A stretch of DNA of 64,000 bases from Tubulanus polymorphus (GCF_964204645.1 NC_134026.1:22602150-22666149); one strand, 5' to 3'. Shown: positions 27,830 to 45,244, counted from the first letter of the stretch. Notes: generated from the sequence alone by a model not told the origin. Numbers and translations are program-made.

Positions 27830-30800
27830 ATGTCTTTCAACATAGAAGAGCCAGAGAAAGATGTGCCTCCTGTGTTATCTGATGATGAAGATGCAGATAC
27901 TGATGAAGAAAACCTGCTACAAACAGTGATACCAGCAAAAAGATGTGACAGTGAGCGTCAAGATGTTGACAAGGCGGTAATAGATGAAACCGATTCTTCA
28001 ATGTTTGAAGAAGAAATTGAAGACTATGATGACCACGATCAGGATGCTTTGAAAGCGGCATATTTGGCTGTATTGGCCAGTGAAGATATCACAGACGCAG
28101 ATGAACCTTTAGATATATCGCTAGAAGAGGAAGAGGAAGAATATGAAGGCAGTCCGATTGGAATGGACGAAGTCGATGATTCGAATATCGTGCCTGAAAA
28201 TACGCTTGTCGCTTCAAATATCAGATCTATTGTCGAGCAAGCCAATACCGGAGAACTAACCGATACAGCTGATACTGTTAAAATGCAAACAGTTATAAAT
28301 CAAAAACAGGAAATGGTTGATGACGACGTTATCCCTAAAGAAAGATCAGATTCTAATTCAAAACAAGTCATTGTCGAGCCAGATCCACTTAAAAGTAAAT
28401 TTAAACTTATGTTCTTATTTTTTCGTTACAAAAGCGTTGTTTCAATGAACTTGAATATGACAAACAAGGATTTTCACCCAAATCAGAAAATATGATTAAT
28501 GTTATATTGTTCTGTTAGGATGAATAGTTTCTGTTTTTCTGATGTTCATTGTCATGGGTGTAAATTGTAGATAATTGGTAGTTTAATTAAAATTTACATA
28601 GCTTGTACTGTTATTATTTTCAGCAAATTTTGGTCAGGACCCATGTACAGAGGAAATTTCCAAACCATCTAGCTCAACTGATCACATTCTAGATGCCGTA
28701 CCATCTTTAGATTTGTCAGCAACTTTTTCAACAACACCTAGATCAGCTAGTAGCGCCGAGGGTGAAGAGAAAATTGTTATCATACGAGAAAACGGTGACC
28801 AAAACTGCCACAGCGAGTTTACAATTAATCCGAGTATCAGTACGATATTGGAAGCTTCAAATGAGATTGTTACTGAAAATCAAGAGGAAAAACTTGCTAA
28901 ATTGAAGAAATGTGAGTCTGCCTTCCCTTACTCGTCAAAGTTTTAGTTGAAAGATAGAAGAGCAAAATAATTTATGATAAAATGACTGACAAAATATTTT
29001 TTGTTTAGATCCGGATTTCATTGAATCATTTGAAGAAAGACTACAAGTGCACTATGTCAGTAGATTTGCTAAAGAATGTCCACTTCCTTGGTTCAGAGTG
29101 CCAAATAAACCAGACTGTCAGATCTACCTTGATGTACCAGTAACAGAGCGAATCAACGGAAAGACTGAATCAGTCTCTATAATAGATTTTAAGTTGAAGG
29201 CAGGTGAACGAATCCTTATACAGGGTACAAATGGTAGTGGTAAAACTACATTCCTGCACAAATTAGTTTATGACTATGGCTTAGGTTTACTGCCTGCCAT
29301 TTCTGAAAGAAAGCTAGTCTTCCTGTTAGAAGCTCCGCGTTGGAAGACAGAAAGTAGTCTCAAGAATGTTCTGTCTGAGCAGATATTACAAGAAGCCTGG
29401 GGTATAGATATCAACAAATTGTATGATTGGATGTTGAATAATCCAGAAGAATGTCTGTTTATAGTTGACCACATTGATGACTTGTATGAAAACTGCTCTG
29501 ATCACCCAATTTATACATTAGTCAATGGTCAAGTATTTGCAGATAGTGCAGTTATTTTGGCATCGGCATTAGGGAAAGTTATTCTGTCAAGAGACTGCTA
29601 CCATAGGCAGATAATTACGCAATCTTTTTCTGCTGAGCAGATAAATGAATTCATCGATTTGTTTATTGGTGAAAAGGCAAATTCAGTCTCATTCAAGAAT
29701 GCTCTGTCACAGGACTATAGAACAAAAGGGTTTTATAAAACCCCTTTACATCTTGCCTTAATCTGTACTCTATTCCTGTGTAGAGAAGTCGATCTTACTG
29801 AGATACCTATTTCTCAGACTGAACTCTTTGATAAGGCATTCACCTTTCTATTGCATCTTCTAGGACAAGATTTTCCTGGTAATAGTAGCCATGACACCTC
29901 AAACGATCTGTTGCCCGTCTATGAAGATGTAGCATATGTGCTTAGTAAAGCCGCTCTTTGTAGTTTGAAAGATAGGAAACTTCACTTCAGTAAAGATGAA
30001 TTGAAGATTGCATTTGACATAAATTCTGATGTCCTAGACTTGTTTATCGACTACGGTCTAATTGAAAAGGTGATTTGTCAGGACATGTACTTCTTTCCGT
30101 GTCTTCCATTTAGGGATTTTCTGGCTGCCAAATTCGTCGCCATTCAGTATTACCACGCTGCCAATTCTGGTCAATTAGGTGTGGGTTCTGATTTGCAAGA
30201 AATGACGAAGCTATTTGATTTGTGTTGGTCTTGCCATAACGATGATAACCGGTGCAGCAGATTGTGTGTTTATGTGTCGGGTTTGTTGCGTCGGGATTGT
30301 AACCTATTCATTGAGTCTTTAGTAAAGCAATACTCAAATGCATCTGATCTGCCAACAAAACAGTCTTTTTTGAGGTTGGCATTTGCATGCATCTGCGAAA
30401 ATATCAGATGCAAAGGGTTTGTGAGCTTGATAGCTGACTCTTTTTCGGATATGATGAAATTGAACATGGATCTTATCCATCAAGGCGACACTACACCATC
30501 TCTAGATGGTGTAGCACATATTATAAATGCCGGGAAGCTGACATATCTAGACCTAACTAAGTTGTCTTTCGACGATGTTGAAAGTTCAAATGCCATTTGT
30601 ACTGCTATTAGTGAGGCAGATAGATTGCGTTCAGTTGTTGTCGATTTCACAAAATTTCAACCGGTACGTGCTCAGAATTCCGATCTGATCGATAATTCCT
30701 TTTTGAAGAAATTTCTTAAATCATTAGGTGGCAATTGTTCGATCAAAGACATGTCCGTTCAAATGGACGTTGGAGCAATGAGCCGAGAAATGCTGGAAGT

Positions 30801-31797
30801 AAGTTCCCGGTTTTTCCTATCAGTTCCACATGAATTGAAGTCGCTTAACATACAAATTGGCCTTACTGCGTTTAGTCCTTATCTAGAGGATAAACCTGCT
30901 TTGGCTTCGAATATTGAGCTGTTCGAAAAGCTCAATCTCATTGTATCACGCGTAAATGTTTTCTTACAAAATAATCGGACTTTGGAAACTCTTGAATTGA
31001 ATGGTTGTTTCTTACATAAAGACGTTCTTCCAGAGATCAAGACTAGCATCGTTAATCACACAGGAATCACTTCGTTGCACATTGGTGGCAAAAGGGCAGG
31101 TACTCCGTACCACAGAGAAGGTGTACTGGCCCTGACTGATATTCTAGAAGCAAAAATGCTGACTTCCGTGGCTGTAGACCTGAATAGTTTCGTTAGCAGC
31201 AAAAAACAAACGGAAAAGTTCAGACAGACTGAACTGTACGATAGTTCCTTGTTGGGAGAATATACAAATTATGAACATGAGATAATTGCGACAAAACTTT
31301 TGAGAAGTCTTCAGAAAAATGAAAGCTTAGAAAACGTGCGTTTTTCGTGCGATAGCGTAGACTGTTGTCTGATGGATTTGATATCTGATTTTGTTGAACT
31401 GTCCCCTTCATTGAAACATCTTGAAGTTTGTTGTGAGTCGATTGATGATTTGTTCTTGTTGTTTCTCGGTTGTGGAATTCTTTGTTCGTCCTGTCTTGAA
31501 TCGGTCACGCTGGAGGGTTGCGTACATTCAGGTGGAGGCCTTGCCATGTTTTTACAGTCCTGTTGCCAAAGTCTCTGTCTCAAAGAGCTAGCGATTGTTG
31601 GGAAACCTTTCACCGAGGATTGTCTTGAGTGGCTGTTATTTATACTGTCAAATTTCCCCCTGCACCCGGTGCAACCTTTTCAAATTACTCTCAGTGGACA
31701 AACCCAGGAAGTGCAAGGAAATATTGCAAAAATTATCAGTGACCTCAAAGATATTGAATTGCCCCTTGATATTCTAATGGAAATTGATCTTTCATAG
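27830..31797 (+). CDS. NACHT-LRR (NLR-like) protein with a long acidic N-terminal region, 3 coding exons (about 27830-28394, 28624-28911, 29009-31797)
   Basis: Walker A GTNGSGKTT, Walker B LFIVDHIDD, HD1 motif KTPLHLALIC, winged-helix FPCLPFRDFLAA, and RI-like LRRs (LTYLDL, LETLELNGC, LKHLEV, LKELAI). Phase-1 introns join the exons in frame. Confidence 0.88.
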
Positions 31798-32767
31798 GGA
31801 TAGTGTATATATGTTCCGATTCAGTTGACTAATAAAATCATACTTTGAAAATTAATTACAACCAATATCTAATCACATAAATATTATGTGAAGTATTGAG
31901 CTGAATTTTTGTAGATATATAGATTTTAATAATTTAGGTCTATGAAGGACTGTTACACATAGAAAGGTGTCACCAGGAATTGAGTTGACAGAACAGTGAG
32001 GGAAATTTACCAAAATTAAATGCAGCTCTAAAACGTCAAACAAGGCTTAGCTTTTATCTAATTTCTAAAAGTTTGTGAGTCTTTTAGCAGTAGTTTATAT
32101 GTATCTTTACTTATACCAGTACATCCTGATAAAATGATGATATAGGATAGTTTGAATCCGTGGAATTGCGATGTAGCATAGTTTATACAGAAACCTCCGT
32201 CCTCAAACGTTTTTAACTATTTTTTTTGTTGTGAATTTGAATTCAGTGCTTCCAACGAATTTATTGTCCGTCTGTTCCGACATTCCTCAGGAATTGTATT
32301 GTGATATGCCACGAGATTGAAATGATTAGGCTAAATAAATTGATACCTTGTTTCTCATTTTGCTGAGCTTAAGTTGACCCGATCAAGGTTCTACCATAGC
32401 AGACCTGGTGGCTATAGAAATGAACTGTACAAATTTTATTTGGGTATACAGATATTAACCCCAACGATAGGAAAAACAACGAGGTATTATTTTTTATGCT
32501 TAACATTTCAATATTTTTTAAAGGGTTTTGTGGATTTTATCAGATAAAAGATTTATCGCTGTAATAATGAATATTATATTGCTATGTGTAATATTGTAAT
32601 TAAACTTTGAAATTTATATTTTTTTGTATTTTCGTATTTTGTCCTTCTAACATACAGTTTACTTAGGCTTATATAAATGATATTAAATAAATAAGATACA
32701 TATTTAGAAAATTACGATCTTACAGTGTTCAAGGTGAGAGAGCCTCATTTTCTCAGAGAAAAAAAGC

Positions 32768-32829
32768 GGCGTTTGCGATGATGGATGATTGAAAAAAAAA
32801 ATTTTCTTTGAATCAGCCATGCAAACGCC
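32768..32829. repeat. Imperfect 62-bp palindrome upstream of Derlin-2
   Basis: GGCGTTTGC..ATGGATGATTGAAAAAAAA pairs with TTTTCTTTGAATCAGCCATGCAAACGCC. Confidence 0.75.
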
Positions 32830-33069
32830 CCAAAGCTTCTATGAAAAAAGAATTCTGAATTCAACTATCATTCGCTGTTTGATTTGTTAAACGAGACAGT
32901 GCGGGTATTACGATTCCGATTAATGATTTGAGGATCTCAAGTTCGACTGTGGCAATCGAGGATTCTGCTTGTGGCAAGTGAGGATACGCCAGGTTCGCTA
33001 GTGTGTGGAACGATGCGTCTACTCGAGTAATTTATTTACACGACATCATTAAGAAATTTCTTGCCGAAA

Positions 33070-34547
33070 ATGGCTATGCTGCAGTCCTTTTTTCAGGAAT
33101 ATGTTCAAATACCGCCGATTACTAGGGCATATTGCACAGCCTGCGTAATGACGACTTTAGCCGTGGTATGTTTTGTAAAAGACAGAATGAACCGATAATT
33201 CTCTTCCGGGTTCTATTTCTCAATCACTACAACCAATACAATTCAAGTCTTTATTCGTCATCATTATCTCAAAAACAATTGGCCTTTTTATTTCAGCAAC
33301 TAGAGGTACTGACTCCATTCCACTTGTATTTCAATCCTGAGTTGATTTTTGAAAAAGGCCAAGTAAGTATCATATCTCAGGGTATTTAATTCGATCACAA
33401 AATAAGTTGTGTGGCAAACTGATTGTGTCATTTTAGTTATGGAGGCTGGTGACGAACTTCACATTTTTCGGAACAGTGGGATTTAATTGTCTATTCCACA
33501 TGATATTCTTGTATCGATATTGTCGAATGTTAGAAGAAGGCTCTTTCAGAGGTCGAACGTCAGACTTTGTTTTCATGTTTCTTCTCGGTGGAACAATGAT
33601 GATTGTATCCTTATATACAATGAAAACCTAAAACACAAAAGATGCATCTCAAAAAAAAGATTCTTTCCCTTAATGATTTTACAGGTTGTTGGTTTATTTG
33701 TTAATATAGTGTTTTTAGGACAGGCTTTTACGATGATGATAGTTTATATATGGAGTAGAAGAAACCCTTATGTCAGGATGAATTTCTTTGGACTCATGAA
33801 TTTCCAGGCTCCATATCTGCCCTGGGTTCTACTGGCATTCTCATTCTTGCTCGGTAATGTCATCACAGTAGATTTAATGGGTAAGTTTTCGTCATTTTGG
33901 TCCTACACCTGAATTATCAATTTCGATGAATAACTGACTTCTGGCTTCTTTTTAGGCATAGCAATAGGTCACATATACTTCTATTTAGAGGATGTATTTC
34001 CTGAACAGCCTGGAGGTTTTAAGATCCTAAAAACGCCACATTTCATGTAAGCTGTGAACTGGAATTGAAAAATTATCGAATTTTCCCGAAAAACTTTTAT
34101 CGAAAGCACCATTGCATAAATACATTATGTACTGTAGAACTCACTTTATTCGGACTTTTAATTCAGATGAAATATTTGGTCCGTTTAACCCGGAACCGTT
34201 ATTATTCTTAATTCGGATTTTACTTAATTCGAAGAAATCTGGGCAGTCCCTTAGTCATTAGAATTCAGTGAATTCTACTGTATTACAATATTACATGTAT
34301 ATGAATAGCATTTGATGGTATTTGTGTTGATCAGATATTTTAAGGAATAGTCGCGCTGCGATGTCATTTTATAGCTGATATTCTTCTGCTTTTATTTAGG
34401 AAAGTTCTATTCGATGGATTACACGAAGATCCCAATTATAACGTGCTTCCAGAAGAAGAACGGCCAGGTGGATATGACTGGGATGGTAGAGAGGAACGGC
34501 CACAACAAGGAGCAGAACAAGCTCAAGATGAACAACATAATGACTGA
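33070..34547 (+). CDS. DERL2: Derlin-2 (ERAD rhomboid pseudoprotease), 6 coding exons
   Basis: [72 protein letters not shown] and a C-terminal RPGGYDW SHP-like box. Confidence 0.96.
33605..33684 (+). other. U12-type GT-AG intron in Derlin-2 (80 bp)
   Basis: 5' splice site GTATCCTT. Branch point TTTCCCTTAAT ends about 10 nt upstream of the intron end. No polypyrimidine tract. Confidence 0.88.
34132..34280. mobile_element. Tc1/mariner (pogo/Tigger-like) MITE in a Derlin-2 intron
   Basis: TA|CTGTAGAACTCACT ... AGTGAATTCTACTG|TA: imperfect TIRs with a TA target-site duplication. Confidence 0.65.
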
Positions 34548-34726
34548 CCAAAGCTGCTTGAAAAAGTAGCACCATCAAGATCTGTTTTCTAGTCTCAATA
34601 ATTACCTTTAAACATTTTAAGTTGTACCAACACAAATATCACAATTGGCAGATCTTTGTGCACAAGGAGTTCCATCATATCAATTCATTGGAGTTAAGGA
34701 ACGTGCCATAAGTTGTTATTGATATT

Positions 34727-35249
34727 CAGGCCCGTACGCAGCCTCTCTTGGGGGGACGGTGGTGCGAATAGTGATTGGTTAGATAGAACTCATTTGCCAG
34801 CAATTGCAAAAGCCGCGGGCTTAGTCCTTTGAGGGGGATTTAGGGGAAATTTTGAAATAAACATTTTAGATGCATTTCCTGCCCAATTTAATTCAATATT
34901 TCATAGATAATAAGTCACTGAAATATTAGTGTTATCTATTCTTGAAACATATTTACAGTATAGATTTCTATTTTCCGAAAACATGTATGCTACACAAGAA
35001 ATTTATGTACTGTTATATGTATATTACAGTTTAGCTAATTACCTTAACATTTGTGATGCAATGTCGTTAGTCCAGTCCTAGCCTACATGCATTAGAAGCC
35101 CTGGCCAACCAACCCAACAACTACTGTAGTCTCGTCATTTGTCTGGAAGCTTGCACAGCATCAACGTAATGGATGAGTCGGTGCCAGAAAAGAAAATAGT
35201 GGAATTTGTAATGGAACATGGAACATCACATCCCCTGGGTACGGGCCTG
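34727..35249. mobile_element. MITE with 11-bp TIRs and a 5-bp target-site duplication (hAT5-like)
   Basis: TIR CAGGCCCGTAC / GTACGGGCCTG, flanked on both sides by ATATT. Confidence 0.75.
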
Positions 35250-36215
35250 ATATTCAAACAAGATCTACTTACAAGGTTACTGTTACATACAGAAAGTAAA
35301 TTGTGCTGTGTGCATCATGAAACAATCGTTTAATGTGTTAAGCTCCATTTTCTAAAGACCAATACCAACACAAGGTTATCTTTCAATATACTGCTGTTCT
35401 GGACTTGCACTATCTGTGTATGAAAAAATCAAACGCTCTTTGTCCTTTTCATGTACCTGTGCCAGTAGGTTGTTAATTACACTAATGTCTTTGGAGTTTG
35501 TGTATTTTTTTAGGGTTGGGATTGTAAAATAAAATTTTTATAGTATATTACGACAGCTTCTTGTTATTTGTTATCGTTGTGCACATGGATTCCGATATAT
35601 CTTAATCTTTCGCTGAAGTCCACCGAGATGTTCAATTATCTGATAGTAGGGGTCTAAATTATTATGAAAAACTAGGCAAACATACCCATTCATGACATTT
35701 GTTCTATGAAACAGATTCTGAATTCGTAATGCATTTCATATTACTAGTTCAGTCAGTCTGTTAAAATTTCATCCTTCTTAATGCCATGCTCAATAACGGC
35801 AACATTTTTTTGGCATCATAAAGGACTTGAACTGTATGTTTGGTTTGATTGTTATTGGAAATTTACCAGTCTCCAACTTCCTGAGGTAGAAATCAAAGAG
35901 AATCCTTAAAGCAACAGCATACTACATGAATTTGAAAACCACAATAACCTTTTCAGTCCTCTGAAGGATTTTTGTCCTCATAACCAAAATGAAGCAATTC
36001 TCAACTCGTGGAAAGGGAATATTGCCTTATATATCTGTAAGTTTATTGCAACAAAAAACTACATAAATAACTAATTCACAGATTTTCAAAAAAATTAAAT
36101 GATAACAATTGTACAAAATATCAATATCGGGTAGTTCAGGAATGTTCAGAGTGCTGCATACATCAAACTTGTGGTTGGAGATTTTCATAAACAGTTTTAT
36201 CACAGCTAAGTTGCA

Positions 36216-40473
<4,258 letters not shown>

Positions 40474-41647
40474 CTCGAGCTTGTACCATTAGAATAATCA
40501 GCCTGTTGATTGAGGCTGGTTACCAGGATGATGAGCTGTCAGTCAGTGTCAGAGAAGAAATTATTGAATTGAATTGATTTCTTCAGTCTAGAAAAATTAG
40601 ACGTTTTAAATTGAAATTACTAATATACAAGTCATCCCCCCCCCCCCCCAAAAAAAAATAACCCCACGTTTTATGCTTTTAATGTAATGCCTTTTACAGA
40701 TAATCTTAGTCTTACCAGAATGGCATACTTACACGGTGAAATGGGGTTTATGGACAACAGTTTATGGCATTTCCATTGAAACCAGGAAGTGAATGTTATT
40801 ACTATGATGCAGGGGTTCGTGGTACACCTCGAAAGCTCGACATTGTTGGGGAATGTATATAGGCTCGAATCCTAGTCCATGGAATATTTCTAGGAATGAA
40901 GTGGACGTTAATATCGGTCATATTTAGCAGTTTTCACCAAGTCCTTTGCGTACACATTCTAACCCATAATGTACACATAGGTTATAGACTGGCATCTCCC
41001 AGTGGGCTTTGGTTAACCAATGGAAACAGTGACAATTGAAAGTTGATAGTTACACTCTAGTATTTGTCCACCGGTTTTAACCAAAATTTGAGCAACTGGC
41101 CCCAGATGGATGAACATGTGCCAATCACATACCCTCGCCTCGTACCGATCCAGGTATAACAAGTCAAGTACATACAAATGATATTGATATCAATAATATT
41201 TATTTCATGATTGCAAAAAATAAAAAAAAGAATTCTCATGATTAGGCTACTTTTGAGATGATTTAGAACAAGTAGGCCTAACCAAGTAACTAACAACACA
41301 ATATTCTTTTTAAAGCTAGTACAGCTGCCTACGTCATGGAGTACATTTTATATCTAGTAGTACCGGTACATAAACTGCAATCTGATAAGTATCTTCTTTG
41401 AAGAATGTAACAAAAAACAATATGGTACCTCAGAAATGGAAATTAAATTACCAACAATAAAAGGGTAACTACCTCATGAGCACATCATTCAAAGTTACAC
41501 ATATAATTCATCTTGTGTGTCTTGTGTGTCAGATGATAAGAAGCAACTTGAAACTACATCGATCAGCAGCCTAGCAAATCCAATAACTTAAAATGCTAAA
41601 CATGATATCTTTGTCAAAATGTATTCTTTGACCTATATACAATTGTC

Positions 41648-44394
41648 CTAACAAGTAGTGCTTGGCTGATTGTTGCTAGTTTGAGCATTTTTCAATATTG
41701 GTTTCAGTTGATTTGTGGAATGATGGTTCATCAATTTTTCTTCAACTTGCTCAACATCAGCGATAGTGTCGGGCATCGGCTTATGTAGTGTTTCAGGTAG
41801 CAATACTGATATTCCACTTCCTATCACAGCAAACACTCCAAAAAGGAAAGTGGGCAGTGATGTGAAAGTGTGGAAACCCTGAAATGACAAACAAACAGGT
41901 TATTAAGTTTCGAAGTAGACAATGGCTATCTAAGAGCAGTTTTCTATAACAGGTAAATAAAATACAGCATAATGAACCGGGTACCGGGACAATTGCCCCA
42001 TTTTTCAATGAAAAAAAAAAAAAAAAAAACTTTGACAACCAAGGACAATTTTACTCAGAAACCGGGATGCGTTTCAATTTATAACTTATCATCTAATTAC
42101 TGGTACGGACGGTACTTACCAATAATAAAATCTGAGGGGAAATCAATGCACCAAACCTTGCCATGAAAGCACATGAACCAACTCCAACATTTCTGCAATG
42201 TTAAAGAAATTTATAAATGCCTGAAAAATTTGAGGGAAAATAGATCAGAATGAAAAAATGCAAATACCTGACGACAGTTGGAAACAATTCAGATGTATAC
42301 ATGAAGAGTACACCAAATCCTCCAGCAATACCAAACTTTCCCAGTAGAGCTAACACAGTGGAAATAATCCTAGCCGTATTACCGGCATCTGTAAACATAC
42401 AAGATCAAGAGGACTGAAGACTGCACAAATATCTCAAACCAAAGTATCCATTGTCAGAACACACTCACCCATGATATGCGGAACCACAGCTGCAGCTATG
42501 CATAGTAGCCCACCAAACAAAAGAAAAACGCTGAGCGGTCTTTTCCGACCAACCCTAACACAAATAGACATTCATTTGATTATCCTATCGAAAAATAATC
42601 TCTACTTTTCATTTTCATGTTTTTTATAATGCATAGATACTCGTACTTACTTTCCAAGGATTGCCATACAAAGTAAATAAGCAGGGAGATCGACAGCAGA
42701 CATGATAAAGAAATTCAAGTACTTATTACCAGCTAATGTGGAAACATTCAACATCAGACCATAATAAGCAGTTGAATTAGCAAACCTGAAAAAATTTGTT
42801 TAAATACAAAATTGAATTTTTTATATTTCATTCCGATTTTCAGGATATTTCACATGACATTAGACCATATTTTAACCATACATAAAAAAATACTAACCAA
42901 ATATAGAATAATATCAGACTTCTTTTCCTCATTTTAGTTGTACGGAACATGTGTATTATGTTGAAAAATGATTGTCCCTTTGGCTTTTCAGTTGAGTGAA
43001 TCTCAGTATTTGGTTCTACATGATCTTCTTCGTCATTGTCAATTTCACAGATCGGATCTTTACTAAGCGTCATACAGTTCAGTTTCGCTAAATAGTTCAC
43101 AGTTTCTTCTAACTTCTTATATTTTGAGTGAGTAAAAAGCCATCTAATAGATTCAGGTACTAGCCTACAAATGCATAAATGTTCCATATTTCATCCATAT
43201 TCAGACTGCATGTCCTAATCAAAAACAAGTTGTTTTTCAAGAGGTCAGTCCTCATACTTATATTAGTGATTACTGAAATACAATAATAAATCCCTTTCCT
43301 CTGTACTGGCCTTCTGACTTGAGAGACTCTGATAGTGATTCACATATTCTGTTAATTTTCAAAGATCAACATACTTATGCAGATAGCCTAGTAATACTCA
43401 CCAAAAGTAAGCGACTGTCACTAAGCTATGGAGACCTAACACCAATTGTATATAATGCCAATCTCGCACCAGGTAACAAATGAAAGCCAAATACATGCCA
43501 CCTACGCTCCACATGACCTCCATAATTGTACCAGCAAATGTACGATGTTTCTTCTGAGAAAGCTCCAGTACCAATGTACATGTAATGGCTTGCATTCCCT
43601 GAAAATGAGGCAAAAAATCGTTCATGGCACGTGAAGCTCTCAGTTCGAACTGAAAAAATCTGATTTCTTAAACAAACCTGAAGCAGAAGACCCATTACAA
43701 ATCGAATCAGGATGAAAAGAGTCAAATGTTGTACAAACGATAAAGCTACACCGAGCAGAGCTGGCATCCATAGCGTGAACATCAACACTGGTTTGCGGCC
43801 ATAACGATCGGACAGGGAACCAAATATTACACCTCCTACCATAACACCGAGAAAGTATAATGTTGTTACCAGTTTTGCTAAGTAAAGTTTGTCACATACT
43901 AAATTCCACTGAAAGAATAATGTACGTATCATCAATCATTGGTCGTTTCACTCAACTGTTGCATTCAAATTAAGCTCAAGGTCTAGCTTTTTTGTTTGTT
44001 AAATCCAAGGTTAACGCATGTGCCAAATAGTGATAGCCAATAATTATCAGGCTAAGTATTCATTACATACCTCCATCACGATGCTAAGTTCCCCAGGTTC
44101 AGCATTAAATTGATAACCATTCGGACAAGATACGGTTTTATTTGTAGTATTACTAAAGTTAGCGTAAACGGTACAGCTGTCATATTTTTCTTTCGCATTG
44201 TTGTAGGGAATTGCCTCTTCAACGGTAACATTGTTTGGCAATTTACAGTGAAACGGATTCGATGCTCCATAGATAGCCATGATCATATTATTGAAAGCCA
44301 TATATGAGAAATTCGATGCCAGCAAAACCATGAGAAATGCCTGGTATTTACCAGGATTTCCCAAAAGAGCTAAAATTCGATCAATATCCTGCAT
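41648..44394 (-). CDS. SLC22-family organic cation/anion transporter (MFS), about 9 coding exons
   Basis: MQDIDRILALLGNPGKYQ, Cys-containing extracellular loop, WNLVCD, GSLSDRYGRKP, PESIRWL, YTSELFPTVVR, LLPETLHKPMPDT. Confidence 0.93.
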
Positions 44395-44540
44395 CTTGCT
44401 GGGTCTGTGATTAGTAATTCCTATTTGTATGTTCCTGAAAAGAGTAAAAAAAACATTGAAAAGCTTACAAACATCAACAGGGCTCGTCACATAAAGCTGA
44501 GGGGTACACAATCAATCTCTTCTCAGGATAGAGCAGCTGA

Positions 44541-44979
44541 GGGTCCTCCTAATTACCGAGCTGACACAATTTACCGAGATGAACCGAGATAACATGTAGT
44601 ATAGCATTTTTAGTTAATTTCTTTACCGTTTTAACGCTTGAAATCATGTTATATCAGTCATAAATACCTTCTTGTCATATTTTACATATTTTGCCGGATA
44701 TTTTGTAGAAAAAATATTGACTTCAAATACGTCATCTCGGTTAGCAATAAAATTTCATTGAATTTGATTGATCAACCATCTAATCTCTGTAAAGTTAAAA
44801 GTTACTTTTCTACAAAAATATCCGACAAAATATGTAAAATATGACTCCAGCAGGTATTCATTACTGATATAATATGATATCAAATGTTAAAATCGATAAG
44901 GAATAAATAAATATGTTATATTTCATGTCATCTCGGTTCATCTCGGTAAATTGCGTCATCTCCGTATAAAGGAGGACCG
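44541..44979. mobile_element. Foldback/MITE with long (about 190-200 bp) inverted arms, upstream of the SLC22 start codon
   Basis: GGTCCTCCT..TTTACCGAGATGAACCGAGAT pairs with ATCTCGGTTCATCTCGGTAAA..AGGAGGACC. Inner arms at about 44680-44725 and 44790-44845 also pair. Flanking direct repeat GCAGCTGA at 44533-44540 and 44980-44987. Confidence 0.85.
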
Positions 44980-45184
44980 GCAGCTGAGGTCTGGGTGTGA
45001 GAGTGAATCTATAGATCTACAATTGAGTCCTATCGCTCTTAATCTTGATTGAAGAAAATGATGAAACGAAAACTTAACCAAATCATTACCCCAACCCTTA
45101 CCCTCTAGCCCCTAAAACTAAACCTTTGGTTGCTCAAGACCCTGAGCCTTTGACCCCTAGATGCAAGATCTATTTTTTACGGTT

Positions 45185-45244
45185 GAAAAAGCCGCCATTT
45201 TGTATTGTGGAACGTTGCCAGATGCAAGAATGAGATGTTATCAG
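45185..45244 (+). promoter_or_regulatory. Likely TSS region and putative first exon of the zinc-finger gene (divergent from SLC22)
   Basis: YY1 consensus GCCGCCATTTTG at 45191. ATG TTA TCA G|GTTTG at 45235-45244 joins in frame to the acceptor at 52547/52548 (MLS-ELSRVDP). Confidence 0.4.

Noticed and set aside
40805-40880. tRNA-like motifs (GTGGTAC...GGCTCGAATCC) near the SANBR promoter
   Set aside because: No foldable cloverleaf; at best a decayed SINE, and too weak to call.
45075-45160. Telomere-like ACCCT-rich tract
   Set aside because: Too short and degenerate to call an interstitial telomeric repeat.
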